In this document: in pieces, positions 12,161-25,503 of the stretch | Position numbering within the stretch: position 1 is the first letter of the stretch | How the letters are laid out: every line of letters starts with the position of its first letter | From: the human T2T-CHM13v2.0 reference genome, Homo sapiens | NCBI RefSeq assembly: GCF_009914755.1 | Contig: NC_060929.1 | Direction: 5' to 3' (one strand) | DNA length: 64,000 bases | Translations under genes and position numbers: made by a program | The notes under the pieces: model-generated | Databases searched by the model: none | Told to the model about the DNA's origin: nothing | Seen by the model: the letters and a program-made list of their open reading frames with translations, nothing else

Positions 12161-14062
12161 GGTGGCTTGGTAGTGGTGAATTCTCTCAGCATTTCTTTTT
12201 CTGAAAAAGACCTTATCTTTCCTTCATATATGAAGCTTAGTTTCACTGGATACAAAATTCTTGACTGATAATTGTTTTGTTTGAGGAGACTGAAGATAGA
12301 GCCCCAATCCCTTCCATCTTGTAGGGTTTCTGCTGAGAAATTTGCTGATAATCTGAGAAGTTTTCCTTTTTACGTTACCTGGTGCTTTTGTCTCACAGCT
12401 CTTAAGATTCTTTTATTTGTCTTAACTTTAGATAACCTGATGACAATGTGCCTAGGCGATGATATTTTTGTGATGAATTTCCCAGCTGTTCTTTTTGCTT
12501 CTTGTATTTGGATGTCTAGGGCTCTAGTAAGGGAAGTTTTCCTTGATTGTTCCCCCAAATATATTTTCCAAACTTTTAGATTTCCTTCTTCCTCAGGAAT
12601 GCTGATTATTCTTAGGTTTGGTCGTTTAACATAATCTCAGACTTCTTGGAAGCTTTGTTCATATTTTCTTATTCTTTTTTCTTTGTCTTTGTTGGATTGG
12701 GTTAATTCGAAGACCTTATTTTTGAGTTCCGAATTTCTTTCTTCTACTTGTTCAATTCTATTGCTGAGACTTTACAGTGCATTTTGCACTTCTGTAAGTA
12801 TGTCCGTTGTTTCCTGAAGTTTTGATTGTCTTTTCTTTATGCTGTCTATTCATTGAATATTTCTCTCTTCACTTCTTGTGTCTTTTTATAACTTCCTTAC
12901 ATTTGGCTTCACCTTTCTCTGGTGCTTCCCCTTTCTCTGGTGCTTCCCTGTTTAGCTTAATAACTAACCTCCTGAATTCTTTTTGGAGTAAATCAGGGGT
13001 TTCTTCTTGGTTTGGATCCATTGCTGGTGAGCTAGTGGTGATTTTTTGTGGAGTGTTAAAGAACCTTGTTTTCCCTTATTACCAGAGTTGGTTTTCCACT
13101 CCTTCTCATTTGGGTAGGCTCTGTCAGAGGAAAGGTTTAGGGCCGAAGGCTCTTGTTCAGATTCTTTTGTCCCGCGGGGTATTCCCTCAATGTGGTACTC
13201 TCCTCCTTCTCCTATGGATGTGGCTTCCTGCGAGCTGAGCTGTAGTGATTGTTATCTCTCTTCTGGATCTAGCCACCCAGTAAGTCTACCAACTTGGGGC
13301 TGGTATTGGGGGTTGTCTGCACAGACTCCTGTGAACCATCTGTGGGTCTCTCAGCTGTGGATACCAGAACCTGTTAGTAATTGGGGTGTCTCCTGGGTCC
13401 TGCAGGAGCAGTCCGCTTCCTTCAAAGGGTCTATGTGTTCTCTTGGATTTCCTGATTTATTCCTGTCGTCATTCTGAAGCAAAAATTCTCGATGCGAACC
13501 TCCACATGCTGCTCTGTCTGTCTGAGTGGGAGCTGTAATCTAGTTCTGCTTCCCGTCCATCATGATCCACCACTATATCTCAGCAACATTAACTTCTGAT
13601 GGCTTTAGTGTCTTGCATAGTGCTGAACATATAGTAAATGCTTAGTAACTGTTTAGTGGTCAGATAAATAAATTCTAAAAAACGCTAGTATATTTACTGA
13701 TCATCACCTATATCATTAGTATTCTTAATTATCATACAAGACATTTGGATATCCAAAGACTGCCTAAAGTATTTCATCTTCTCAACGTTAAGGATACACA
13801 AAAAGCAAATAAAAAGGCTACAAGGAGGGTTGTTTCAAAAGGGAAGGCATAGAAAAAAATAAGGAAGTGAAAGGTAATGAGTTTGGTTTTGAACTTGATG
13901 AATATGTGACGCCACCATAAAATCCAAGGAGAAAAATCTAGTTGGGTGGTTTCAGAGGTTCATAATTAGCCTAATTGAAGTAGCTTGCTTTCCTTTCTTG
14001 GAAATACTCTTATATGCCTTGTTGAAAGGTAGATTCTGGCAACCTGTTAATATTGGTGAACG

Positions 14063-14492
<430 letters not shown>

Positions 14493-16547
14493 CTATAGGA
14501 CAGGGTATTCAAACTTTAGATATATAGAGAGCTTGTAGGGATATTGGTACCGTGGTTATCCAAGCTGTAGACTTCGTTTTCTTTGGTGGGAGTAGGACTC
14601 ATGTATAACATAGATCTGCCACTCAGGAGAAAGGGAAGCTTGCTTTAGAACATGATTCTTTTCTTCTCAGTTATACTTCACATGGATCTCCCTACCTGGA
14701 CTTCCTGCCCTTGGTTGTGTCTGATGTATTCCTGCCTTTCCTTGACATGAGTCAACTAAGACAGCTTGAGGACTAGCTTTAGGATTGATCCTCAGAGGCA
14801 GTATCAGTAGCCATTAGAACATTAGATGGAAGGACTGAAAAAATAGTTCCTCCAACCCTGACTAATAACAGTAGGCTGAGTAATTCAAGTGATTCTATCA
14901 AGGAAAATGAAAACAAAGAGGAGAGCCAACACCAGCTTACCTTTAACATAGTTGGATATACCCAGACATTTTCTTTAAAACCTCCATAGGCCTCCATTTA
15001 ATATCCTCATACTTTGCTGCAATTAGCTTAAGTGTTTATGATTTTTTAAAAATCCATAGTGACATGGGTTAGAACTCTGAGGAGTGAAATCCTTAAGAAT
15101 CCCTACTTGATTATTTTTGCTTGGGCACCTCCAATATCTGCTTCTAAAACTAGACTATTTCACCCTCAGGTAGTTCTAACTATTGGACAGCTGCCTAATG
15201 TTGAGGCAAAAAACCCATCTGTGTGCTCACCCATGGATCCTTGTTCTGCCTCCCTTGGGGCCACAAGTAGACAGTCGAAAACCCGTCTTATATTTGTGAG
15301 CCTTTCACACTCTATCTGGTGACTTAACTCTCATAACTCTGCTTCCCTGAGAAACTAATGGTAATAACCTGTGTTTCTTTTACTTATATGGGCTGCATTG
15401 TGACTGATGTATACACCATGCATCATTAGGATTCTACTTATTCTAGACCTGGAAGGATTTGACAGACCGTGAAATCTTACAGGAACTGTAGCTCCCTCTG
15501 AGTATATTAGTGTGTCTATTAGTATCTCCTGTAATAAACACATCACATTTATGTTAGGCAGTTGTGGGATTCTGCCTTGCCTTTATTCACAATTTACTCC
15601 ATGTGTATTTATTGAGTAATATAGTCTAGAGTTCCTGCTGTACATTCCCCTACTTCCCCAGTGTTTTAACTTTCATTAAAAGGACCATTTATCCCATCAG
15701 AAAAGACTGGAGACAAAGATATAGGAATTTCCTTTTTATGTACACAAAACAAGTGCCTTTTAACTCATCTCTAGTGTATGGTAGCTAGAGATGAAAAGCT
15801 AGTGGCAGACTGGCTGAGAGGAGTTCTTGATGCATAGTTTTCCCTTTTTAAAGGATAATATGTATATATTCTTGACAATAGGACACCAGGGAAAGCTTGC
15901 TAAATTGTAATTCATTTCAATTCATTTCACCTGTCTTAATAGAGCCATGATAAAATTTGTAGCTATGTAGAAAAATCCTACCTAAGAAAAATGAATGTAG
16001 GCTATATCCACTGCCTTTGTAAAATACTAAGATTTGCTCCAACTTTATCCAGAGAAAGGCAATTATTTGTGTAATGCCTTTGCAGTAAAGTATAATAAAA
16101 CAGAGTGATAGATGTTATATTCGAAAGCTGCTATAACTTTCAATAATTAAACATCATAACGGGAATTCTCTAACTGTAGCTTGCCTGTTGGTTATTCTTC
16201 ATATGGATTGCCACTTACTTTGACTAAATCTGTTTGATGAACAAGGTGGTATTCTAGAGGCAAGCACTAAAAGCTCGGGTATTTAGTACTGATGAAGGAA
16301 ATACAAAGTGGAGAGGGTGTTTAAAGGTACCTTTGAGCATTCATGCAATTTAAACTAGTTAGTGTATTGACAGATGAGAATCTGAGGGGGATGGGAGTTG
16401 GAAACAATGATCTTACAGTGTCACATTTTTGTGTGCAACTAAAAGGGAACACGTGACCATGGTTTGATTCAGTCAAATGAGAAGGCAGTTGTCCTGCTTC
16501 AAAAGGAGCTTAAAAGTAAATGCTCACGTTTTTAAAAAAGCAGCTAG

Positions 16548-16693
16548 AGCCAGGCAGGGTGGTGCCTGCCTATAGTCCCAGTTCATTGGGAAGCTGGGGT
16601 ATGAGGATCACTTGAGCCCAGGAGGTTGAGGCTGCAGTGAACTATGATGGCCCCACTGCACTCTAGCATGGGGAACAGAGTGAGACCACATCT
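16548..16693 (+). mobile_element. Alu monomer (FRAM or AluJ right arm)
   Basis: gccaggcagggtggtgcctgcctatagtccca...ggaggttgaggctgcagtgaactatgat. Confidence 0.85.
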
Positions 16694-16764
16694 GTTTTTT
16701 GTTTGTTTGTTTTTGTTTTGTTTTTTTAAAAAAGAAATGTGTTGTTTTTTCTCAAAAACTTTTT

Positions 16765-17160
16765 GTAAAAAATTGTTAAATTGTCTTCCAAAGTGACTTA
16801 CTATTTTACATTCTCATCAGCAGTGAATGAGAATTCCCATTGCTCTACATCCTTGTCAGCATTTGGTGTTGTCAATGTTATGGACTTTAGCTATTCTAAT
16901 AGGTGTTCGTTGTTGTTTCAGTATCAATTCCCTAATGACATAAGATGTGAAGCATGTTTTTAAATGATTATTTGCTATCTGTATGTCTTCTTTGGTGAGA
17001 TGTTTATTTACATTTTTAGCCTATTTTTAGTTGGGTTGTCTATCTTTTTATTATTGAGTTTTAAGGGTTCTTTGTATATGTTGGATACCAGACCTTTATC
17101 AAATATATGTTTTGTAAATATTTTCTCCTAGCCTGTGGTTTGTCTTTTCAGTCTCTTAAC
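16765..17160 (-). mobile_element. L1M (MB/MC-like) ORF2 3' fragment
   Basis: ttttacattctcatcagcagtgaatgagaattcccattgctctacatccttgtcagc. Confidence 0.85.
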
Positions 17161-17399
17161 CCAGCAACTTTATACATATTTAAAAATATAAATTTTAACC
17201 CAGAACTTAAATAAATATTTGATATTATAGTGGGAGCACAGATGAGAGGCTTGACTCCTTCTCTAATGGCTCTATGGAGGTTCATTAGAACCTAAGCATG
17301 TGCCACACAGTTTAAAAAAAACAATAACAACAATATTTCTCTAAGTGAAAACATGATTTTGTTTTGGAAGAACATTCTTTACCACTTTGGTCCATGGGG

Positions 17400-17773
17400 C
17401 TAATGGGAGCATGGCACTAGGGTCTGAGAATCAAAATCACAGCACTCGATTCTACTTACTTCAGGGAGTGACCCATACATGGAAATATGATCAGTCAGAG
17501 ACAATCTCTAGACACTTGCTGGAAAACTTAAAAGAACTTATAATTTTCTGCTGGGTTTAGACCCTAGGCAAATGTTATTATGGTGTTTCTGGAAGCCATA
17601 ATACTACTGCATGGGATCTGAGTATAATGCCAATAGGAAGGAGAGCAAAGACAAGAGATAAAGGAACTAGGTAGGGTTGTAATCATATGATTCCATAAAT
17701 CAAGCCATACCTGATGTGAGGCCTATACCTGGGCTTTCTATTACTTGCAACCAAAGGAGCCCTAACTGATACA
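17400..17773 (+). mobile_element. Ancient ERVL/MaLR LTR (LTR16/33 or MLT1-like)
   Basis: Ends in the typical cttgcaaccaaaggagccctaactgataca; also contains caagccatacctga. Confidence 0.55.
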
Positions 17774-19184
17774 AGGGAAGAAGGGTATATTCTATCAGTG
17801 TATAACTCATTTCTGATAACACAGATTATGGTTCTGAAAGATTTTCTTATAATATTCATGATAATTGCCTATAAATCAAAGTCTAGAGCCTGATAATGTA
17901 TGCTTTCCCCCTTCCTTAACCTTTTCTGGTTAAGAGAAGAGAAAACTATTTTAATGAGGAGAAGGAACCATCAATGGCAGAGACTGAAGGATGAAGTTTG
18001 AAAGAATAATGTAGGCCAACTATTGCAAATGAGATTTGGAGGACTGTGCATGTGGCTTGGGACTCATCATTTCATTTGGTATTCAGTTTTGTTCTGAGGC
18101 AGAAAATCAATTCTGTTGAATCATGTGACTTTGGGATAATTTATATCAGAGCAAGGATAAAGGAAATGAGCAAGCAAGGAACACAGTTTTCCTTTTTTAA
18201 AAAATGTGTTTTGGTTTTTGGTTTGACGTGTCACCTCAGCAAGCTACTTGCCAATAGCACAGGAAGGAAATGGCACCAGAGAAATATCAGACTTGGATAT
18301 GCTTCCAACAGCCAAGTGTAACCATGTCTTTGCTGAGGACAGATGTAGCCTATAGCAGTGTCAGAGATAGAGTTGTTCTCTATTGATTATGAATTAAGTT
18401 CATTTCTTAATGATGGCAGAAGCTCTTTTTTTCTTCTCTTCCCTACAGATGCTTTTTGGTCTGTCTTCTAATCGAAACTACTGTAATTACATACTTTAGT
18501 CTTAGAATTTTCATTAATATGACTGTATTATATAAAAGTTTATTGGAAAGCTGGATGTGTGTCAATTAACAAGGTTATAATTAGATACCATTTTATTTTG
18601 TGCAAGGTATTTTATTTCCCTAAGTTCTCTGCAAATCTGAGAGCTCAGTCTCTCTTCTCACTTCCTCTTATAATGGAAATTGGGAAATCCAAAGAAGAAG
18701 AAGGACTTTTGTGAAATGAGTCTATTCTACTTTACCTTCTCGCCAAATGATTCTTGAAGGTAATGAATATATTGTAGTTCATGGGATGGAAAAATGTGGT
18801 GGATTTTTGTCTTATGAAAAGAAAAGATATGCATACTTGTTGATGCTGTAATCTATCCAATCTTATTTTTAGAATAGATCATTTTTGAAAAATAATTGAA
18901 AGAGAAAAGTCTTATTTATATTATCTTTAGTATTAGTCCCCCATTCTATCAGACATTAACACATCACAAATTGATCAAAACATGTTACGGTTAAATCATT
19001 TTTTTTTCTCAGATGTTCTATATTTGAGAATAGGACAAGATTACAGTGTATGCTCTCTTATTCACTCAAGACAAACCTCATTTAGTTGCAGTATTGTCCC
19101 TTTGCATTTAGTGTAAGGACAGTAATTTTAGCTGTAGTGAGTTCTTACTTTATGACAATTCACTATTCTACCACCTAAAGTTAA

Positions 19185-19557
<373 letters not shown>

Positions 19558-19647
19558 TAATTTGTATACATTTGTTCTTAATGCTCCTGCTCCCAACACC
19601 AAAGGAACAAGGTTGTAACCAGTAGGGTAATGGATTGCTGAGCCAGA

Positions 19648-19944
<297 letters not shown>

Positions 19945-20152
19945 TGAGCCAGAATTTTAAACAACAACAACAAAAAATTTAAATTAACTTTGGCTATTTT
20001 ATATCTAAAAGTAGCACTTGAATTGTCAGATCAAATGTGACTGGAAAAGTCAACCAAAATCATAGGTTCTGTTCTCATTTTTCTCCTTGCACCTTATTTA
20101 TATGTCCTGTAAACTAAAGTGGCCATAAATTTTATAAAACAAAGTGGGACAT

Positions 20153-20450
20153 GGCCGGGTGTGGTGCCTCATGCCTGTAATCTCAGCACTTTGGGAGGCC
20201 GAGGCAGGCAAATCACCTGAGGTTGGGAGTTCTAGACCAGCCTGGCCAACACGGTGAAACCCCCTCTCTACTAAAAATGAAAAAATTAGCTGGCCATGGT
20301 GACATGGGCCTGTAGTCCCACCTACGTGGCAGGCTGAGGTGGATGAATCGGTTGAAACCAGAAGGCAGAGGTTGCAGTAAGCTGAGATCACGCCACTGAA
20401 CACCAGCCTGGGCAACAGAGTGAGACTGTCTCAAAATGAAAAAAACAAAA
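20153..20450 (+). mobile_element. AluS (Sx/Sq-like)
   Basis: Full dimer; TSD AAAACAAAG(T/C)GGGACA. Confidence 0.95.
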
Positions 20451-20594
20451 AACAAAGCGGGACACTTTCAGAAGGGACAGAGGATCCTATTAATAGATCC
20501 ATTAGAGCAACTGACATAAATTGAATGGAGCTGGTAAAGCAGGATCTGTGTTCACCCTAACTATAAGACTTTTAAAGATCATTGTTAAGGTTAA

Positions 20595-20720
20595 CATTCA
20601 TTCGGTAAATATTATTGAGCCCCAACTATGTGCCAGATACTGGAGATACAGGATACAAGAGTCACAGACCTTGCCTCAAAACAAATGATAACTGAATAGG
20701 GAAAATAAGAAACAATACAG
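20595..20720 (-). mobile_element. L2 3' end
   Basis: cattcattcggtaaatattattgagccccaactatgtgccagatactgg. Confidence 0.7.
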
Positions 20721-20761
20721 TTCCCAAGGCTAGAAGGAAAAATTAATAATGGATAAGATGA

Positions 20762-21052
20762 TTTTTTTTTTTTTTGAGACAGAGTCTCACTCTGTTGCCC
20801 AGGCTGTATTGCAGTGGTGTGATTATGGCTCACTGGAACTTTGAACCCCCGAGCTCAAGTGATCTTCCCACCTCCCTCCTGAGTAACTAGAACCACAAGT
20901 ATGCACCACCACACCAGGCTAATTTCTTCTTTTTTGTAGATACTAGGTCTTTCTGTTTCCCAGGCTCTTCTCAAATTCCTGGGCTCAAGCGATCCTTCCG
21001 CCTTAGCCTTCCAAAGTGCTGAGATTATAAGTGTGAACCACTGCACCTGACC
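20762..21052 (-). mobile_element. AluJ
   Basis: J-type ggctcaagcgatcct; TSD-like TAAGAT. Confidence 0.9.
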
Positions 21053-21344
21053 TAAGATAAATAGTTTTACGTATCTAATTTTGTATGTTTGATTTTATAC
21101 TTTTGTTTTTATTCAATAAAGTAATAGAACCTGCAGTCCTTTAGAGTAGGTGGTATAGAGCGGGGATCCCTTTCCCTGGAGTGGGCATCCACCCTCCAGT
21201 GGTGTCGGCTGTTCATAGCTCACAGCTGACCCCAGCCTCTGGGCAACTGCTTTTGCCTCATGGAATTACCTTTCATCACCATTGGAAGTGCAAAAGGCTG
21301 AACCTCTTGGTTCAAGCCCTCTCCCTGTGGATAAGGCCAAGAAT

Positions 21345-21482
21345 AGACTTTATGTGATATAGTCCCCTGTGGCTACTGAGTGCTCGAAATGTGGGTAGAA
21401 ACTGAATTTTTAATTGAATTTTAATCTGTTTAAATTTGAATAGCCACATGTGGCTGATAATGACTGTATTGGAAAGCACATT
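21345..21482. mobile_element. MER3/MER33-like hAT MITE, within probable LTR16-like sequence (~21150-21340)
   Basis: gtggctactgagtgctcgaaatgtgg...tagccacatgtggct...gtattggaaagcaca. Confidence 0.7.
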
Positions 21483-21927
21483 TCTATGGTAAAATGTACA
21501 GAGCCAGGCTTCTGTGGTGGCTTTCACTGATCCCCAGGACCACAGAGTGCCAATATCCCTAATGAAGGCTGGTGCTCAACTGTGGTTTGACTGTGCATGT
21601 GTTATGATCCCCAGGCATTAGTGTTCTGTAGCCTATTTTAGAGTATTATTAAGGATATTTGAGGATGCCTTTTTAATTATGATATTAAACTTATGGAAGA
21701 ATTCCTCAAACAGTGCTCTCCTGGAGTATCTGAGTAAGATATTGGGGTTTGGCCTGTCCAAGAAGCTGTCATTTCTGTTTTTGGACCAAAGACATTCTGA
21801 ATGGTGGCTCAGCACTGTGGAAAAGTGGGGCTTTCTTTGGGGGCCTCATTCATTTTGGAACCATTTTCACTTTGGGTCTGGGTCCCGTGGCGCATCAGTA
21901 ATTTGGGAGTAAAGAATCAGATTTGGA

Positions 21928-22231
<304 letters not shown>

Positions 22232-23338
22232 TTAGATTTGGTCAGTGCAAGGGGGAATAGTATAGTGCAAAGTAGTGGAGGAAAAATACTTTTTAAAAAA
22301 ATCTATCAACTAGTATGAAACCAAATAATCTGTCTCACACATCCACTTTAAGGTTTGAGAAGATAAATATGAAAATAGATTTTCTACATTACAGAAAAAA
22401 ATATTGTTTTCTATCATACTTAATATGTTAGAAAACACTTAGGGAATGAAGGCACTGAAATTAGTTTGTGGCTATTCAGCCTACTGCTACATAGAGCTAC
22501 TGAGTTTATCACCTATTTACCAGGGAGTGTGAAGAAAGTATTTATTCTCTAAACCTCAGTTTTCTTGCCTGTAAATGGGAACAATTGTATCTACCCAGTC
22601 TCTCTTGTGTGGTTTTATGAGGCTCACCCAAGGTAACAAAATGTTTTGGACCTATAAACTGTTAGGGAAACAAAAACTACTCTAGTAGTTTGCTGAGACT
22701 CCTTTATTTGTGCTTTTATGGTTTTGTTTGGCAGTTTGTTGACCTTGACTTTTGAAATTCACCTAGATCAGTGATTGTAATTTCAAAAGGGTCAAAGTCC
22801 CAAATAGGTAACTTAAGCGAATTGGCCAAGTCGGGACTGTGGGGAACTTGACAGGCTCACTTGTCTAGAAGGGGAAGCCTTACCCAGTGCTGTGCTTTTG
22901 ATGTGTGCTAATGTGAGCCCAGAGTTGCCAGAGAGTTTCTTTTTAACATGGTAGAATTATTTTAGTGTAATGTGTGGGACAAACAAAGCTCATTTATTGT
23001 CTGTATCCAGTCTGCAGGCCACCAATTTGCAGTTTTTGCTTCTTTCCAAAAAGGATTTAAAATATATTATATTCAAATATAGAATAGAAGTAGAGGAGAA
23101 AAGCAGAGGAGGGAGTGAAAGGAATAGAATAAGCTGTTTTCTGTTGATCAATAATAATTTATTAAGCCCTATCAGTCTGAATGCTTGGGGGAATGCTAAC
23201 AAAATAGAAAAGATCATCTCTGACCTCAAAGGGCATATGAGGTCCCTAGGGAGATAAGCAGATGCATGCAGTCTTAGGGAATAATAATAATAATTTAAAA
23301 ACAAGATATAGTTCAGTGTGAGATGGGTCAGTACAGAC

Positions 23339-23702
23339 AAGTGCTTCTCAAAATGTGGTCTCCAGACTGGCACCAAGCTGTACTGTTTGTTACTCATCTG
23401 TGATGAGATAAGAACCGAAATTCAGATAAGAACTGAAATTGAGAATACATGCTTAGGAACATCCAGAGCAATTTGGCAGAGTGCTTCTTCGTCTGCTTAA
23501 TTTAATAAAAAAAAATGGGCCATATGTTTTTGAGTTTTTGTTTTGTGTTTCGTTTTTTTAATTTTCACTTTTCTTGTAATTCATATTTATTGTATTTTAC
23601 AAAGTATCAGTCAGCAACAATTTGAGTTAAAAACAAACAAAACCAAAAGCCGACAGATAAGAAAACACTGGCTCTTCACTATGAATATGTTGAGAAGCAC
23701 TG
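23339..23702. mobile_element. hAT-Charlie non-autonomous DNA transposon (Charlie18a-like)
   Basis: Terminal inverted repeats AGTGCTTCTCAA / TTGAGAAGCACT. Confidence 0.75.
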
Positions 23703-24057
23703 TTAGACATCAGTATTTGAGAAGTTGAAGAATGTATAATTTGCTCTCAGATGAGATTTTTTGGGCTCTAGATTAATTTATTAAATGACCAATTCTTTCA
23801 AACTTATTAGAAAAATTGCCTTAAACTGATTTAAGACAATTCACCAAAGCTGTTCCACTGTGAGAGTCAGGGCATACACTGAAAGATCTATAGAAAACAG
23901 TAAACTGTGTTTAAGGGAAAACTTATCCAATTACACATAAACGATTGAGAAATTGAGATCTGCTGAAAGTCTGAAATTTGGAAGATGAGAAATTGATATT
24001 CAGCTGAACAATCCTTATAAGTTCACAGCTAACTAACTGGCCTTGGAAATTAGACCA

Positions 24058-24061
<4 letters not shown>

Positions 24062-24099
<38 letters not shown>

Positions 24100-24110
24100 A
24101 TGTATGTGCA
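24062..24110. repeat. (TG)n microsatellite
   Basis: Read directly from the sequence. Confidence 0.95.
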
Positions 24111-24844
24111 TAATCTTTAGTTAGAACCAGTTGAAAGTTTGGAAAATAGTCATTCAGAAAATTGATTTCTAGTGAATAAATTTAATTCCAGTATTAGAGA
24201 ATGCTTTGTGGACAAGTTAAGTTAGATCACAAATTTCTCTCCTGATGACTTTGGCATGGCAAGTGAATGACTCATTGTGGGCTTACCAAGAACATGTATG
24301 CATAAACCATGATGTATAGACAGGGAGAAAGCAGCTAGGATAGGACATGTGATTCCAGGCTGCTCCATCCAGTTTTTCCTTCTTTAAGAACTTTCCCAGC
24401 ATTTTCTTCCATTTCTTTTTCTTTTATGGCATCATTTATTTTTACTCCTCATCTGAGGACTTAACATTCAACAATTGCTAGATTAGGAAATATCCAATTT
24501 GCTGAGGAAGGAAATTCTCCAACTCTTTTTATCTCATTGACAGGCATTCATGGAGCGACTACTTGATGCCAATCACTATGCTAGTAGGTACTGGAAATAC
24601 ACTCACCAAGCAGCCCTTGCACAATGTTTACACTCACTACGGCCACTTAGTATTCCCCTTTTTACTATTCTGTCTTAAAATCTAGTAGGTAGGACAGAGC
24701 AAGGGAGCTATCCATGCTTGGGGTTGGGAGAGATGGGCTAAATGGAGCATAGTGGCCCAGAATGAGAGCTGGCCCTCAAACAGGTTGAGAAAGGTTTCTC
24801 TGTGAGGGTACAGGCCAGTGCAGGGTGTCACAAATAAAGTAGGG

Positions 24845-25503
24845 GGTTCATACAAAAATCCTACTTACGAATGTTTATAACAGTTTTGTTCATCATAGCC
24901 CAAAACTAACACAATCCATATGTCCTTCAGTGGGGCAATGGTTAAACTGTGGTATATCTATACTGTGGCATATTATTCAGAAATAAAAATAAATGGACTA
25001 TTGCTAAGTTCAAAATCTTAGGTGGATATCCAGGGAATTTGGCTGAGTAAAAAACAAGTCAGTCTCAAAGGGATAACATCCTTTAAGTAATGCAATTATA
25101 GAAGCTAGAGTAGATTAGTGGCAGGATTAAAGGTGGTGGTGGTTTAGGAGGAAGATGAGTGTGGCTGTAAAAAGGACACCATAGGAGATTCTGGTAGTCA
25201 TGGGACTGTTCTGTGTATTGACTCAGGTGGTGTAGACATGAATCTCTACATACGATAAAATTTCATAGACCTAAAGACCTACGCACGTGAGTACATGTAA
25301 GACTTGGGAAATCTGAATAATTAGTTAGTTATATTAATGTCAATCTCCTAGTTTGTGATTTTACATTACAGTTTTGTAAGATGTTTCTTTGTGGGGAAAT
25401 TAAGTAAAGGGTATGTGGGATCTCTCTGTATTACTTATTATACCTGTGTGAGTGAATCTACTTTTTAATCAAAATAAAACATTTAATTTTAAAAAAAGAA
25501 AAA
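24845..25503 (+). mobile_element. L1M (MD/MC-like) 3' end
   Basis: aatgtttataacagttttgttcatcatagcccaaaac...; ends with aataaa and an A-rich tail. Confidence 0.8.

Larger units (their letters stand above)
8816..13579 (-). mobile_element. L1PB1/L1PBa-type LINE-1 with both ends present but internally deleted; interrupted by an MLT2 LTR
   Basis: L1PB 3'UTR at 8850-9100. ORF2 remnants (e.g. 10434-10826 [23 protein letters not shown]; 11256-11456 PHISILTLNVNGLN), ORF1 remnant (12370-12558 SPRHIVIRLSKV), 5'UTR to ~13579. 11-bp TSD TCAGCAACATT at 8805-8815 and 13580-13590. Confidence 0.95.

Noticed and set aside
10434-12558. L1 ORF1/ORF2 peptides as functional CDS
   Set aside because: Fragmented by stops, frameshifts, an RT deletion and an LTR insertion.
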